Shown in pieces: positions 20,001 through 29,900 of a stretch of DNA of 64,000 nucleotides. Source of the DNA: an uncultured bacterium (GTDB lineage Bacteria; Zixibacteria; MSB-5A5; GN15; FEB-12); contig CBDVDR010000001.1 of assembly GCA_965372795.1 (NCBI GenBank), positions 1-64,000 of the forward strand. Direction: 5' to 3'. Every line of letters starts with the position of its first letter. Position 1 is the first letter of the stretch. Both the position numbers and the translations under genes were made by a program. The notes beneath the pieces were generated by a model. That model searched no databases and was not told where the DNA came from. It was given only the letters and a program-made list of their open reading frames with translations.

Positions 20001-21693
20001 CCGCTTCATTTGTACAAGTCAAAGTAAATATATTTTGACCTTCAATAGGATCGAAACATAATGTTGTTCCGTTTAAAACAGCATTACCGATTACTGACGG
20101 ATTACAGCCGACATCACCGATATCAACACAAACCTGTTCACCAACACAAGTTGTTACATCAAAAGGACCCGGGCAAGTAATGACAGGAGGGCTTATTATT
20201 GATATCAAATCTGAAACTGAATTAGATCCACACTCGTTAGTAACTGTCAAAGTCACACTATAAGTACCTTCAGCAAGATAATCATGACAAGGGTCAGAAT
20301 CATAACTAATAAAACCATCACCGAAATCCCATTCGAATTCTACATTACCGCTATAATTTGAGCAGTTTGTAAAACATACATTTGGTGGGAATACGCTATA
20401 ATCAACATTTGAAGTGAAACATGCAGCAGTTGGTTGTTCATTAATTGTAACATTAACGATTACTTCACAACTGCTTTCTCCACATTCGTTGGCACAGATC
20501 AGAGAGAATATATTTTGTCCATCAACAGGATCGAAACATAATGTTGTGCCATTTAAAGTTGCATTACCCGATACGGTTGGATTACAACCGACATCACCAA
20601 TATCAATACAAACGGTTTCCCCGGCACAGACGGAAACATCGAATACGGGCGGACAGCTGATTACCGGAGGATCAGTTATAGTGACATTGACAACAACATC
20701 ACATCTGCTTTCTCCACATTCGTTGGCACAGGTCAGAAAGAATATATTTTGTCCTTCAACCGGATCGAAACATAAAGTTGTTCCGTTTAAAACAGCATTA
20801 CCCGATACGGTTGGATTACAACCGACATCACCTATATCAACACAAACTTGTTCACCGGCACAGACGGAGACATCAAATGCTGGTGGGCAATTAATTACCG
20901 GAGGGTCAGTTATTGTAACAATGACAACAACATCACAGCTGCTGCTTTCGCCGCAATCGTTAGTGCAAGTTACAGTAAAAATGTTTTCTCCGCCTAAGGG
21001 AGTGAAACATAAATTTGTACCATCCAGAGTTGCATTACCTGATACAGTTAAATTGCAATCAAGATTAACACTAATGCCAGTAAGATCAACACAAACGGTT
21101 TCACCAGCACAGATTGAAACATCAAATGGTAGAGGACAACTTAAGACAGGAGGGTCACAAATTTCTCCACCTGCTATATACATTACAACAAAGGCTGAGC
21201 TGGAATTTCCGCAAAGTTCATAACTTGTTGTTGTAAACATATCATCCACTGCGACAGCACCATTTACATCCATACCTGCGATTAGTTTATAGGTACCGTT
21301 TGGGTCGAAGTTTGCAGGATCCCATGTCAGCGAGGCACACCGGCTGATGGCAGGGAATCCAACATTTCCACGAGGATCAAAATCCAATAACCATAAATTT
21401 GTATCGGCTCCGGCAGCTCTAACATCGATGAAAAAAGGTCCCGAATAATCAGGGCGATACATCGATATCAAAGTTGTGTACTCAGGAGGTTCCGGTGGGG
21501 CATCCATTGATTCAGCGACAGCCTCTACCCCAATTGTTACTTCAGAGGTGGTAACAGCTCCGGTGGCTTCTTCGCCAGTTGCATTGATAACGGAACGCCA
21601 ATAATCCTGTCCAAAGACAGGTTCGCTGGCTCCTGTTATCAGCAATAAAAGTATTAAAAAAGGTAGAACTTTATTATAAATTTCCCGGTTCAT
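17038..21693 (-). CDS. Large secreted protein with nine Cys-rich ~78-aa repeats, two PKD domains and a C-terminal FlgD-Ig/T9SS-type sorting tail
   Basis: 1551 aa; signal peptide; PPVI.CP...CAGE.VC...C.NECG repeats; WDFGDG twice; GWNL(I/V)S repeats; tail NYPNPFNPST...SGVYLYRI...KKMTLMK. Confidence 0.85.
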   Translation of the reverse strand: MNREIYNKVLPFLILLLLITGASEPVFGQDYWRSVINATGEEATGAVTTSEVTIGVEAVAESMDAPPEPPEYTTLISMYRPDYSGPFFIDVRAAGADTNLWLLDFDPRGNVGFPAISRCASLTWDPANFDPNGTYKLIAGMDVNGAVAVDDMFTTTSYELCGNSSSAFVVMYIAGGEICDPPVLSCPLPFDVSICAGETVCVDLTGISVNLDCNLTVSGNATLDGTNLCFTPLGGENIFTVTCTNDCGESSSCDVVVIVTITDPPVINCPPAFDVSVCAGEQVCVDIGDVGCNPTVSGNAVLNGTTLCFDPVEGQNIFFLTCANECGESRCDVVVNVTITDPPVISCPPVFDVSVCAGETVCIDIGDVGCNPTVSGNATLNGTTLCFDPVDGQNIFSLICANECGESSCEVIVNVTINEQPTAACFTSNVDYSVFPPNVCFTNCSNYSGNVEFEWDFGDGFISYDSDPCHDYLAEGTYSVTLTVTNECGSNSVSDLISIISPPVITCPGPFDVTTCVGEQVCVDIGDVGCNPSVIGNAVLNGTTLCFDPIEGQNIFTLTCTNEAGTSSCNVVVNVTITDPPVISCPPEFDVTICAGEQVCLDIGDIGCYPTVSGNATLNGTILCFDPVEGQNIFILTCTNECGESICDVIVNVTITDPPVITCPEPIDVSVCAGEQVCVDIGDVGCNPSVIGNAVLNGTTLCFDPVEGQNIFILTCTNECGESICDVIVNVTFGGAPVITCPSEPVNISICEAGEVCVPLGEMNCIPTIIGGATLNGSDLCFNADVSGPYTFTLTCSNSCGESSCEVTVIVEIGGPPFITCPQTPFDITVCAGEQACVDIGDVGCNPTVSGNATLDGTTLCFTPVAGQNLFTLTCTNECGTISCDVIVNVTIDSPPVIACPQGELSAGACVGEEVCVDLGDIGCNPTISESATLIDNILCFTPAQSGPYTFTLTCSNDCGTSTCEVVVDVYLHEAPTACFNSDVNNGEKPLEVCFTNCSNSTGNVEYLWDFGDGTTSTEFEPCHVYEEEGCYSVTLSVLDECGERVMSVENAVCVTCSMCLHPTTEWIAVFCGNPTLDGIPLNPGDIITAFDPDGVFCGIDTVAGDGIYGFMSIYADDIDPSIDEGAEPGDEITFKINGLEVITDPIVTWTQKGDVFELCNFTTVRCRTIELATGWNLISWNVEYVDQIVNMMNDNLDCIDVILGYNQGGVTFDPSLIQFSTLKSVDYHFGYWFRMNCDVTVELCGFPIDQNDNIAIYPGWNLVSYWPEEPMLVENALLSIIGNVQMVLGFDNGGLTWKPGEFFSRFADLTEMKPLLGYWIKSSGNDVLIYEGFDKAAKTVTSNIAANNDIIHSTREWVSVYGANITVDGTQLDNNSEIKLYSESGVLCGKGTYNNNLLKFTSAYGYDPDDLKSEGYPQAGENVIINVNGMEIEKRIIWETNGSRIELSELTTSLKLMPANYNLKQNYPNPFNPSTQIGFTIPKSGYVSITIFNVLGQNIRNLVNENYSEGSYEIHWDGNDDYGKIVSSGVYLYRIEVGDFVKTKKMTLMK
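18780..21153 (-). repeat. Intragenic array of nine ~234-bp Cys-rich repeats (3 + PKD + 6)
   Basis: Near-identical DNA blocks such as ccgacatcaccgatatcaacaca and acagatactttctccacattc recur at ~234-bp spacing. Confidence 0.85.
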
Positions 21694-21708
21694 AGTTACT
21701 CCATTCTA

Positions 21709-21739
21709 TCAGAGGGATTCATTGATTGAATCCCTCTGA
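21709..21739. other. Perfect 13-bp intergenic stem-loop without a U-tract
   Basis: TCAGAGGGATTCA-ttgat-TGAATCCCTCTGA, just upstream of the GGAG RBS of 17038..21693. Confidence 0.7.
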
Positions 21740-21789
21740 AATATGTTTATCACATCTAATATTCATCCAAGCAAAGTCAAAATATTGTC

Positions 21790-24700
21790 TTATTTCATCA
21801 GAACCATTTTTCGGGTATCTTCAAAGTCCCCGGTAGAAATTCTGTAGAAATAAACACCCGAGGCTACTTTATCACCCTGGCTGTTGGTTCCATCCCATAC
21901 AACTTTTTTATGACCGGCAGCTTCGTAGCCACTTACAAGCTGATCAACTTGACGACCCAGAAGATCGTAAATAACCAGTTTGACTTGCGAAGGTTTCGCC
22001 AGATCATACGAGATAGTAGTTGACGGGTTGAACGGGTTTGGATAACACTGATACAGTTGATATGCCAATGGCATATTGTCAGGCGTTGATCCGGAAAGAC
22101 GATGAACCGTGAAATAAATATCCTGATTACCACCTGTTACGGTAAATTCAGAAACCTTGCTCATATCATCAATCAGAATCTGCCCGCTGCCATCATATCC
22201 TTCCCGTAGGATATACAAATCATCACCAAACTGTTTCTTGTTCCAACTCAATTTGGCTGATCGTTCTGAACCGGAAATAATATTACCGTGCGGATTGATG
22301 GCCAGAACCCAGCTGTTAGTTTCATCAGCCCTATTCAGAACATCCTGATAGAAAGGACCTTCTCCAGAAATACGGTACAATGCCATCTTTGCCGAATATT
22401 TAGGCGGAGACGGCGGAGCCGGGATAGAAGCCGAAGAGTTATCCACACCTAAAATAACATCATAGGTATTAACTTCACCAAGGTCTTCCCCGGTAACATT
22501 CAGTTTTATGAAATTATTATCTTGAGCATAATCATTAACAAGTTTAGCTGAACCCGGTGTACTACACTCAAGAACAACATCTGAAGCTTGATTCAGTTTT
22601 ATCCAATAGCCATAATATGGCATGAATGTTTGTGTAGGATAATAACCATTATCAAAGCCGAAAATCGCTGTAATAAATGATGCTTCGCCTACATTGTACG
22701 GTGTTACCGGACAATTCATACCACCTACAAGACTCCACCCCTCGCTAAGAGGTAAGTTAGTACCTGGCAATGGTATACCGCAAACCTCAAGGGTTGTAGT
22801 TTCTGGTACTTTTACCCAATAACCTTTATACGGTTCAATAACAGTTGCCGGAGAATAACCATTGTCAAAGCCAAAGTATGCAGTTGCTGTTGGGAATAAT
22901 GTTGCGATATCGTTATTATCAAGTTCGAAAGGAATCGAAACAAGATTCCAACCGGTACTCAAAGTAATTGCTTCACAGATTTTCGGTGCCCAATGCAAGG
23001 TAAACATCTGAGGGTCTGATCCACAAATTTCATAACTGGTTTCTATACGCATATCAGAGACAACAATTGCACCGGTACCATCAAAACCTTCTCTCAGGTA
23101 ATAATTCTTATCCGGTGAGAATTGGGTCGGATGCCATTTTAAGGTTGCACAACGCTGCATCGCACCGCCAAGATTACCCATCGGATCAACTTCTAAAATC
23201 CAATAATATTCTTCCATACCTTGATCTCGAATATCAATAAAGTATGGACCGCTGAAATCAGGTCGATAATCTCTGAGGTTAGTGGTGTATTCCGGCGGAA
23301 CCGGAGGAGCATCCATAGTTTCATTTACACTAACTCCGATAGCAATATAAGAGGAGTCAATAGCACTCTGGCTATCTTCACCAATACTTATTATATCTGC
23401 TCTCCAACCATCTGTAGGTGGATTATATATATGGAAACATTTATCACCGGTAAAACCAGGATAGAAGTCACCAGCCGAGATTGACCATTTCCAAACCCCG
23501 GCGGGGGCGTAGTAAGATGTGTCAATACAGAATATCTGAAGCTCAAGTGATTCAGCAAATGGTCCAATTTTAATTGTCCAGACAATTTCATCAAATCCTG
23601 TCGGCACGCCTGATTCCATAATTCTGAATCCGGCAAAACCAATGGTGTCAATTCCGCTGCCATTTGCAAAATCATTTACAAAAGTCTGATTGACCATCTC
23701 AGGAGTAATTGCACCGGTAAATTCACCAATAGTTGAGGTCCAGGAATGTCCGGACGGAGAATAAATCTGGAAGCCATTGGTAAAGCCATGGATAAAGCTC
23801 TCAGTCTGGTTAGTAAGTCTGATATTAAGAATCAGATCAGGGAGCGAATAAATTGGATAAAATTCTGAAAAAGTAGTATCTATCGGTCCGGTACTGCTGA
23901 TATGATCAACAAACAAATACCCCTGACCATTGGGTTCATCACAACCATCGATAACAGTGATATTTATTAGTTCGGAGGCACCTAAACCTGAAGTAGCAGC
24001 TGAAACAAGAAATCCTGCTTGATGGACACCAGCATCATCTGCAGTTGGAGTCCATACAAATAACCCGGTACCGTCGCCATTATCGGTAAATGTTGCTCCA
24101 AATGGAAGTACTGGTGTTACTAATGTTAAGTCAAAACCTTGAGGATCGGTTGCTGAGACCATAAATGACAAATTGTCACATTCATCTACAGTTTTATCAC
24201 CGATTGCAGCCATTACAGGTGGTAAATAATCTTGACCCGGAACAACTTGGAAACAATGTGGTCCATCCCATTCAGGATATATACTACCACTACCAACAGT
24301 CGACCATTTCCATTCCCCTGCCGGAGTATAGAAAGTACTGTCTAAGCAAATATACTTATCGTGAGACGCCTGAGGAACACCGGCAAGATTTATTGTCCAT
24401 ACTATATCATCAAAGCCGGCCGGAATACCGGCAGCAAAAATTCTGAAGCCTCCAAAACCAACCGTATCATCAGCCATGCCATCAACACTAAATTGATTCA
24501 CGAACTTATTGCCTTCTTCAATCATTGAAGGTAAAATAGCATCAGTGAAAGATCCAATTATACCACTGGCGGGAAGCATCCACTGGGCTCCATCGGGAGA
24601 ATAAATTCTGAATCCATTTGTCCAGCCATAAATTGGGCCAGCAGCATTATTAGTCATTCGGATATGAAATGTCAGAGGAGTATCAAATGGAATTTTACCT

Positions 24701-26664
24701 TCCAATGTTAATCCATCAACGTGATCGAGAGATAAACTGCTCATGGCCTGACTGACATTATAAACTGTTATACTGATTGTTTCTTCATCAGTATACATGC
24801 CATCACTAACCTGGAAAGTTACCGAATATACACCGGCATCATCAAAAGTTGGAGTCCAGTCAAAAATATTTCCAACAAAAGTATAACCAACCGGTAAATT
24901 TGTCGCAATTATCGAGTAAGTTAACGGATCGCCATCTATGTCAGTAGCAGAGACACCAAAATTAAGATTTATACCTTCGTTTACTGCCATATTTCCAATC
25001 GGATTTAAGACAGGTGGATTATTAATAACATCTCCACCGATTGACCAACATTGTTGATCGAACCAATCCGGGATTATATCACCAGTCACAGTAGACCAGG
25101 TCCAGTTACCCGCCGGCGGATAATAAGAGGTGTCAATACAAATAGATTTCCCAATATCCAATTGATCAAATGGTCCAACGGTTAAAGTCCAAACAATTTC
25201 AGAAAAACCGGTAGGAATACCAGGAGCAAACAATCTAAAGCCGCCAAATCCAACAGTATCTGCCCCCATGCCATCTTCACTAAACGAATTTATAAAATTC
25301 TGTTCTAAAATAGCCGGTGTAATAGCACCGGTAAGTTCGCCTAAAGTAGTTGTCCAGGTGGCGCCATTTTCTGAATAAATGCGGAAGCCATTAGTATAAC
25401 CGGTAATGTTAGAGTTTCCATTATCAAGCCGGATATTTATAGTTGCAGTCGAACCATCGACCGGCATGTTCCCTTCAATCAAGCCTGAGACATGATCGAC
25501 ACTGAACATACTTTGACCTTGAATGAGTTCATCAACAGTAATAGTAAAAACTTCATCATCAAAGTCTATGCCATCAGTAACAGAAATAGTTATAGGATAC
25601 ACGCCAGCTTGTCCTGACAAAGGTGTCCAACTAAACGAAGCGGTTCCATTTCCGTTATCATCAAAAATTGCACCGACTGGTATGGTCGAAGTCGAGAAAG
25701 TCAACGGATCCATATTTGCATCAGTAGCAGATATAAATATATCCAATGGATCGCCGACGTTTACTGTACGGTTCATAATTGGAGCAATTATCGGAGGGGT
25801 ATTTATAAACGGATTAACCGTAACAGTATAAGTTTCTGTATCAGTTAATTCGCCATCAGACACCTCAATAATGATAGTATAAAAACCTGCATCTCCAATA
25901 GTTGTAGACCATGCTAAATATGCAGTTCCATTTCCATTGTCGATTAAAGTTGCACCTAACGGTTTTTGTATTGCTGAGAAGGTTAAGTCATCCCCATCAG
26001 GATCAGTAGCTGAAATAGATGTTAATATTGAGTCACCTTCAATAATGACTCGATCATCAAGGGTAGCAATGGTTGGTTCTGTATTTGGTTCAAAGGTACC
26101 AATACCAAAACAATGAGGTCCATCCCAGGTCGGCATTGCTGATCCACTGGTTGTTGACCAGCTCCAGGCACCGGCGGGTGGATAGAATGTAGAATCCAGG
26201 CAGATTTCACCGCCATTGTAATTAGCATCAATAGTACCAATATTTATAGTCCAGACAATATCATTAAATCCAGCAGGAATACCGGCGGCGAACAGAGAAA
26301 ATCCCCCAAAACCAACAGTATCGGCACCCATGCCATCAATACTGAACTGATTAACAAATTTTTGTTCAGCCATAGTTGGCAAGATTGCCTCGGTATAATA
26401 ACCGATTGTATCGTTTGCAGGGACTGTCCACTCGGCCCCTGAGGTTGTATATATTTGAAAACCATTTGTCCAGCCTTTGACGTTACTGCCCGTATTGTTA
26501 TTCATTCCGATATGAAAAACAATCGGCGTCACACCATCAGCGGTTAAAGTGTTTTCTGGAGTTAAACCATCCACATGATCTAAATACATTTGAGTTTGTG
26601 CTGATCCGGTGATTGTTATGCTAAACAGGCATAGAACGGTCAGCAGAAGAGTTTTAATTCGCAT
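21790..26664 (-). CDS. Large secreted scaffold-like protein: four ~165-aa repeated beta-sandwich modules, cadherin/He_PIG-like Ig spacers, two PP.PP-motif domains, FlgD-Ig/T9SS-type tail
   Basis: 1624 aa; signal peptide; four copies of DH..G...G.TNGF.IY...DT.GF.GF...G.P.GF..IVWT...C.D...Y.PAG.W.WS; ATD.DGD.LT(F/Y)S Ig repeats; tail YPNPFNPST...RKMVLMK. Confidence 0.85.
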   Translation of the reverse strand: MRIKTLLLTVLCLFSITITGSAQTQMYLDHVDGLTPENTLTADGVTPIVFHIGMNNNTGSNVKGWTNGFQIYTTSGAEWTVPANDTIGYYTEAILPTMAEQKFVNQFSIDGMGADTVGFGGFSLFAAGIPAGFNDIVWTINIGTIDANYNGGEICLDSTFYPPAGAWSWSTTSGSAMPTWDGPHCFGIGTFEPNTEPTIATLDDRVIIEGDSILTSISATDPDGDDLTFSAIQKPLGATLIDNGNGTAYLAWSTTIGDAGFYTIIIEVSDGELTDTETYTVTVNPFINTPPIIAPIMNRTVNVGDPLDIFISATDANMDPLTFSTSTIPVGAIFDDNGNGTASFSWTPLSGQAGVYPITISVTDGIDFDDEVFTITVDELIQGQSMFSVDHVSGLIEGNMPVDGSTATINIRLDNGNSNITGYTNGFRIYSENGATWTTTLGELTGAITPAILEQNFINSFSEDGMGADTVGFGGFRLFAPGIPTGFSEIVWTLTVGPFDQLDIGKSICIDTSYYPPAGNWTWSTVTGDIIPDWFDQQCWSIGGDVINNPPVLNPIGNMAVNEGINLNFGVSATDIDGDPLTYSIIATNLPVGYTFVGNIFDWTPTFDDAGVYSVTFQVSDGMYTDEETISITVYNVSQAMSSLSLDHVDGLTLEGKIPFDTPLTFHIRMTNNAAGPIYGWTNGFRIYSPDGAQWMLPASGIIGSFTDAILPSMIEEGNKFVNQFSVDGMADDTVGFGGFRIFAAGIPAGFDDIVWTINLAGVPQASHDKYICLDSTFYTPAGEWKWSTVGSGSIYPEWDGPHCFQVVPGQDYLPPVMAAIGDKTVDECDNLSFMVSATDPQGFDLTLVTPVLPFGATFTDNGDGTGLFVWTPTADDAGVHQAGFLVSAATSGLGASELINITVIDGCDEPNGQGYLFVDHISSTGPIDTTFSEFYPIYSLPDLILNIRLTNQTESFIHGFTNGFQIYSPSGHSWTSTIGEFTGAITPEMVNQTFVNDFANGSGIDTIGFAGFRIMESGVPTGFDEIVWTIKIGPFAESLELQIFCIDTSYYAPAGVWKWSISAGDFYPGFTGDKCFHIYNPPTDGWRADIISIGEDSQSAIDSSYIAIGVSVNETMDAPPVPPEYTTNLRDYRPDFSGPYFIDIRDQGMEEYYWILEVDPMGNLGGAMQRCATLKWHPTQFSPDKNYYLREGFDGTGAIVVSDMRIETSYEICGSDPQMFTLHWAPKICEAITLSTGWNLVSIPFELDNNDIATLFPTATAYFGFDNGYSPATVIEPYKGYWVKVPETTTLEVCGIPLPGTNLPLSEGWSLVGGMNCPVTPYNVGEASFITAIFGFDNGYYPTQTFMPYYGYWIKLNQASDVVLECSTPGSAKLVNDYAQDNNFIKLNVTGEDLGEVNTYDVILGVDNSSASIPAPPSPPKYSAKMALYRISGEGPFYQDVLNRADETNSWVLAINPHGNIISGSERSAKLSWNKKQFGDDLYILREGYDGSGQILIDDMSKVSEFTVTGGNQDIYFTVHRLSGSTPDNMPLAYQLYQCYPNPFNPSTTISYDLAKPSQVKLVIYDLLGRQVDQLVSGYEAAGHKKVVWDGTNSQGDKVASGVYFYRISTGDFEDTRKMVLMK

Positions 26665-26865
26665 CCCTCACTCCTTCTATAAAATAGATTATTGATGTGC
26701 TCAATCGTGATTGTTTAAATTTGTAGAGTTCAACTGTGTAACAGGACATTTTTTTACCTATCAATGCTGTTGAATCGCTTTCAACGCTACCGTACTGTTA
26801 GCATCTTGCTAACCATTTTACTCAATGAGACTTAGTACAGCTTCGCCTACGTTCTCTCTAATATA

Positions 26866-26895
26866 AAAGTAAATAATAAAAGGCAATTTTGTCAA
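26866..26895 (-). promoter_or_regulatory. sigma70-type promoter giving a ~195-nt leader
   Basis: Minus strand TTGACA-18 bp-TACTTT. Confidence 0.5.
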
Positions 26896-26970
26896 GCAAA
26901 TATTGACCTATTAGACTATTTCACGCATCTCATTCAATATTTGAATTAACTAATAGATATTAGCTTTCAA

Positions 26971-29900
26971 TTACATTTTTATTAAATTAATAACAATTCG
27001 TTTATTTCCCTCTGAATTTATTTGCTCAAAAGTGATTGCATACACCGAGTTGTTTAACGCAATTTCAAATAACCCAACTGGATTTAACTCTGGCCAGCAA
27101 ATATCAAATCCTGCATTTTCATCAGGATGGGAGCTCTCAAGATATATACTCATATCTACAAACATATGATATTTGCAGGAGACTTCACAAAGAGGCACAT
27201 TTTCAATCAGTTCATCAACATCATTTCGCATTGAGAAAGTCGAGTCAGTAAACTCCAAAATAACATTCTGCTCAGCTATAAGCACCCAATTATAATTTTC
27301 ATAAGTTGCTACGGTATAAGTTCCTTTGTAAGTGCCAAAAAGTTGCAGTTGATTACAGGGTTGAGGCGACCGCCCGTTAAAAAACATATAATCGACAAGA
27401 TAAACTATATCTAAGATGTTAAGCCTATTATCTCCATTTATATTATATTCACCATAACATGATATTCTATAGAATGGTCCGTAAAAATATTTCACCATAA
27501 GCATCAAATCTGAAATATCAACCGCAACTGAACTTATTCCATTTTTAACAATATCTCCCCTTTGAACACAACAACAGGCATTTCCGACACCATTTTGGTC
27601 ATCGTCTTCCTGATTCGGATTTGATCTTGTTGGGCAATTATCCAATTCATTAAGAATTCCATCGCCATCAATATCATCATCGCAGGCATTACCAAGACCG
27701 TCAGCATCGGTATCAAACTGGAAAATATTAGTAAAATTAGGACAGTTATCGCACGCATCACCAAAGCTATCTCCGTCAGAATTTACCTGCATCTGATTAG
27801 ATGTTTTAGGACAATTATCACATATATCACCTATATTATCTAAATCAGAATCTATTTGAGTCGGGTTTGAGATAGAAGGACAAATATCGCATGCATCGCC
27901 GATACCGTCATTATCAAAATCTGCTTGACCGGCATTAGCAGTTTCCGGACAATTATCACACTTGTCCCTCATTCCATCACCGTCCCCATCCGGTAAGCCA
28001 CCGCAATCAATCGGAGTTTCGATGCACAAAGTATTATTACTTATAGATTCCAGCGGAGCTATGTCATAAAGCGGATATCCAAAATCAAATGCCCTGACTT
28101 CAAAACAATAGCCCTGTTTAGGGAGAAGATGTTCGACTATTAACTCATATTCAAAATACTTAAAGTATCCATCCTGAGTTAATTCAGAAGGATCAGCTTC
28201 TTCTGGATTTAAACTTGATGGATATACCTGATTAGGATAAGTTTTGATTATATCAGTTTCAATTGCTAATTCCAAGTTCAGATCGAATGGTACAAAGTAA
28301 AAAACTTCACTATCAAAAGTTAAGGGAGATTGTTCGGTAAAGTCATTTGGATTAAATGTAAAGTCATTACAATCAGATCCGAATCTACATCTCAATTCTT
28401 CAATTGTACCAGGTAAACCTTCTAAAGTCCAGCTTCCATCATTGTTGTTGAAATTATAAACGCTGTAATCATCAATATCATAAGAAGCAATATAGCTAAG
28501 ATTAAGATCATCTGTCCCAAAATAAACCCGATACCCCTCAAAGTCATTCACTTGAGAGATATGATCTAACATAGTTTCTGAAGGCATACCATTCCATCGA
28601 ACTCTAACGGTTGATGAGTCAATCGCTTCCGCCCATGTTACAGGTGTCAGTAATGGCGTTGAAGCATTATAGTCAGGGACTCCATCACCTTCATAATAAA
28701 TAGTATCACACACCCCGGTATTGACATCACAACAGACATGAAATTTTCCAAAATATCCATCACCATCAGTATCAACTCCCGGATTGTCAAACACCCACGA
28801 TGCCATCTTTGTATTTTTTGCCAGATCAGTAAAATCTAAGTTGTTGTAAAAAGCATCAGGATTGTAACCATTCCCAAGATTGTTGTCATAATTGTTAGGG
28901 TCAGAATGGAACCCTTCGCCAGCGACATATGCAAAAGAAAGGGGTAGAGTTTCTCCCGGGGCTATATCATAAGGTCCAAATGATAATAAATACTTAGTAT
29001 CATATCCATTGGAGAAATTCTGTGCCAACGCTTGATTAGGATACATCCACAACGGATCGTCGGCATTGATCGCGGCAGTAAAAGCCTGGTCATAATCAAT
29101 TTCTTGATTCATCATTAAATAATATTTATTCCTGTCACCACCCGGTGTACCCAATGCCCCGTTAACAAAACTTCTAAATGGGTCGTTCCAGAGTCCGGCA
29201 CCTGATCTTTCATGTGGCCCAAAATCCTGCTCAACATTTCCGTTACTAATCCACCAATTATATGAAACTCTATCATTTTCAATCGGAGTTTGAAGCATCG
29301 ACAATCCTGTAACAGAAGGTGCTAAAAGTTCAAAATCACCATCATTGTCAGCAATCCAGGCAATATTCAATGAGTCCTCATAATCACATTTTCCATAACG
29401 CCTTGATTTTGTGCTTAAAAAACCGGTAATATCATCAGAATAGCACAAGGTCTGAGAACATGTAGGATTATACCCAACATCACCATCATGATACATCCCC
29501 AGATAAACTTCAGAAAGATTATCGTTTCCGATATTTGTGATTTGATAATTGAACAGAACAAAATCTTCAGAATGCTTGTATGACCAGGCGTAAGATGTTT
29601 CATTAACTTTGATATTTAGTGGTATATGTGGTCTCATTTCGACCATGTCTAAATCAACCCCTTCTACAGTTGTATCAGTATAAGTCATAATGAAATCTTC
29701 TTCGGATACAGCACCTATAAATTCAGTAGACAACGGATCAATTATTGATCGCCTGATTGGATTGCCAAAAGGAGCCTCATCCGGATAAAACTCACAAGCT
29801 GCGGGAGTCCATCCATCAGCTCCGGTTGAAACAAGGGTGTCATCTCCAACAATTGCTCCAATCCAAAAGGCTCCCGCAAAAACATATTTCACGTCAGCAT

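Noticed and set aside
20414..21223. 269-aa plus-strand ORF with repeats
   Set aside because: Antisense shadow of the Cys-rich repeat array; its periodicity simply mirrors the real minus-strand gene
26760..26860. c-di-GMP-I or glycine riboswitch call for the structured leader
   Set aside because: Lacks the GGCAAAC/GNRA P2 arm and the glycine aptamer core; kept only as an unassigned structured RNA
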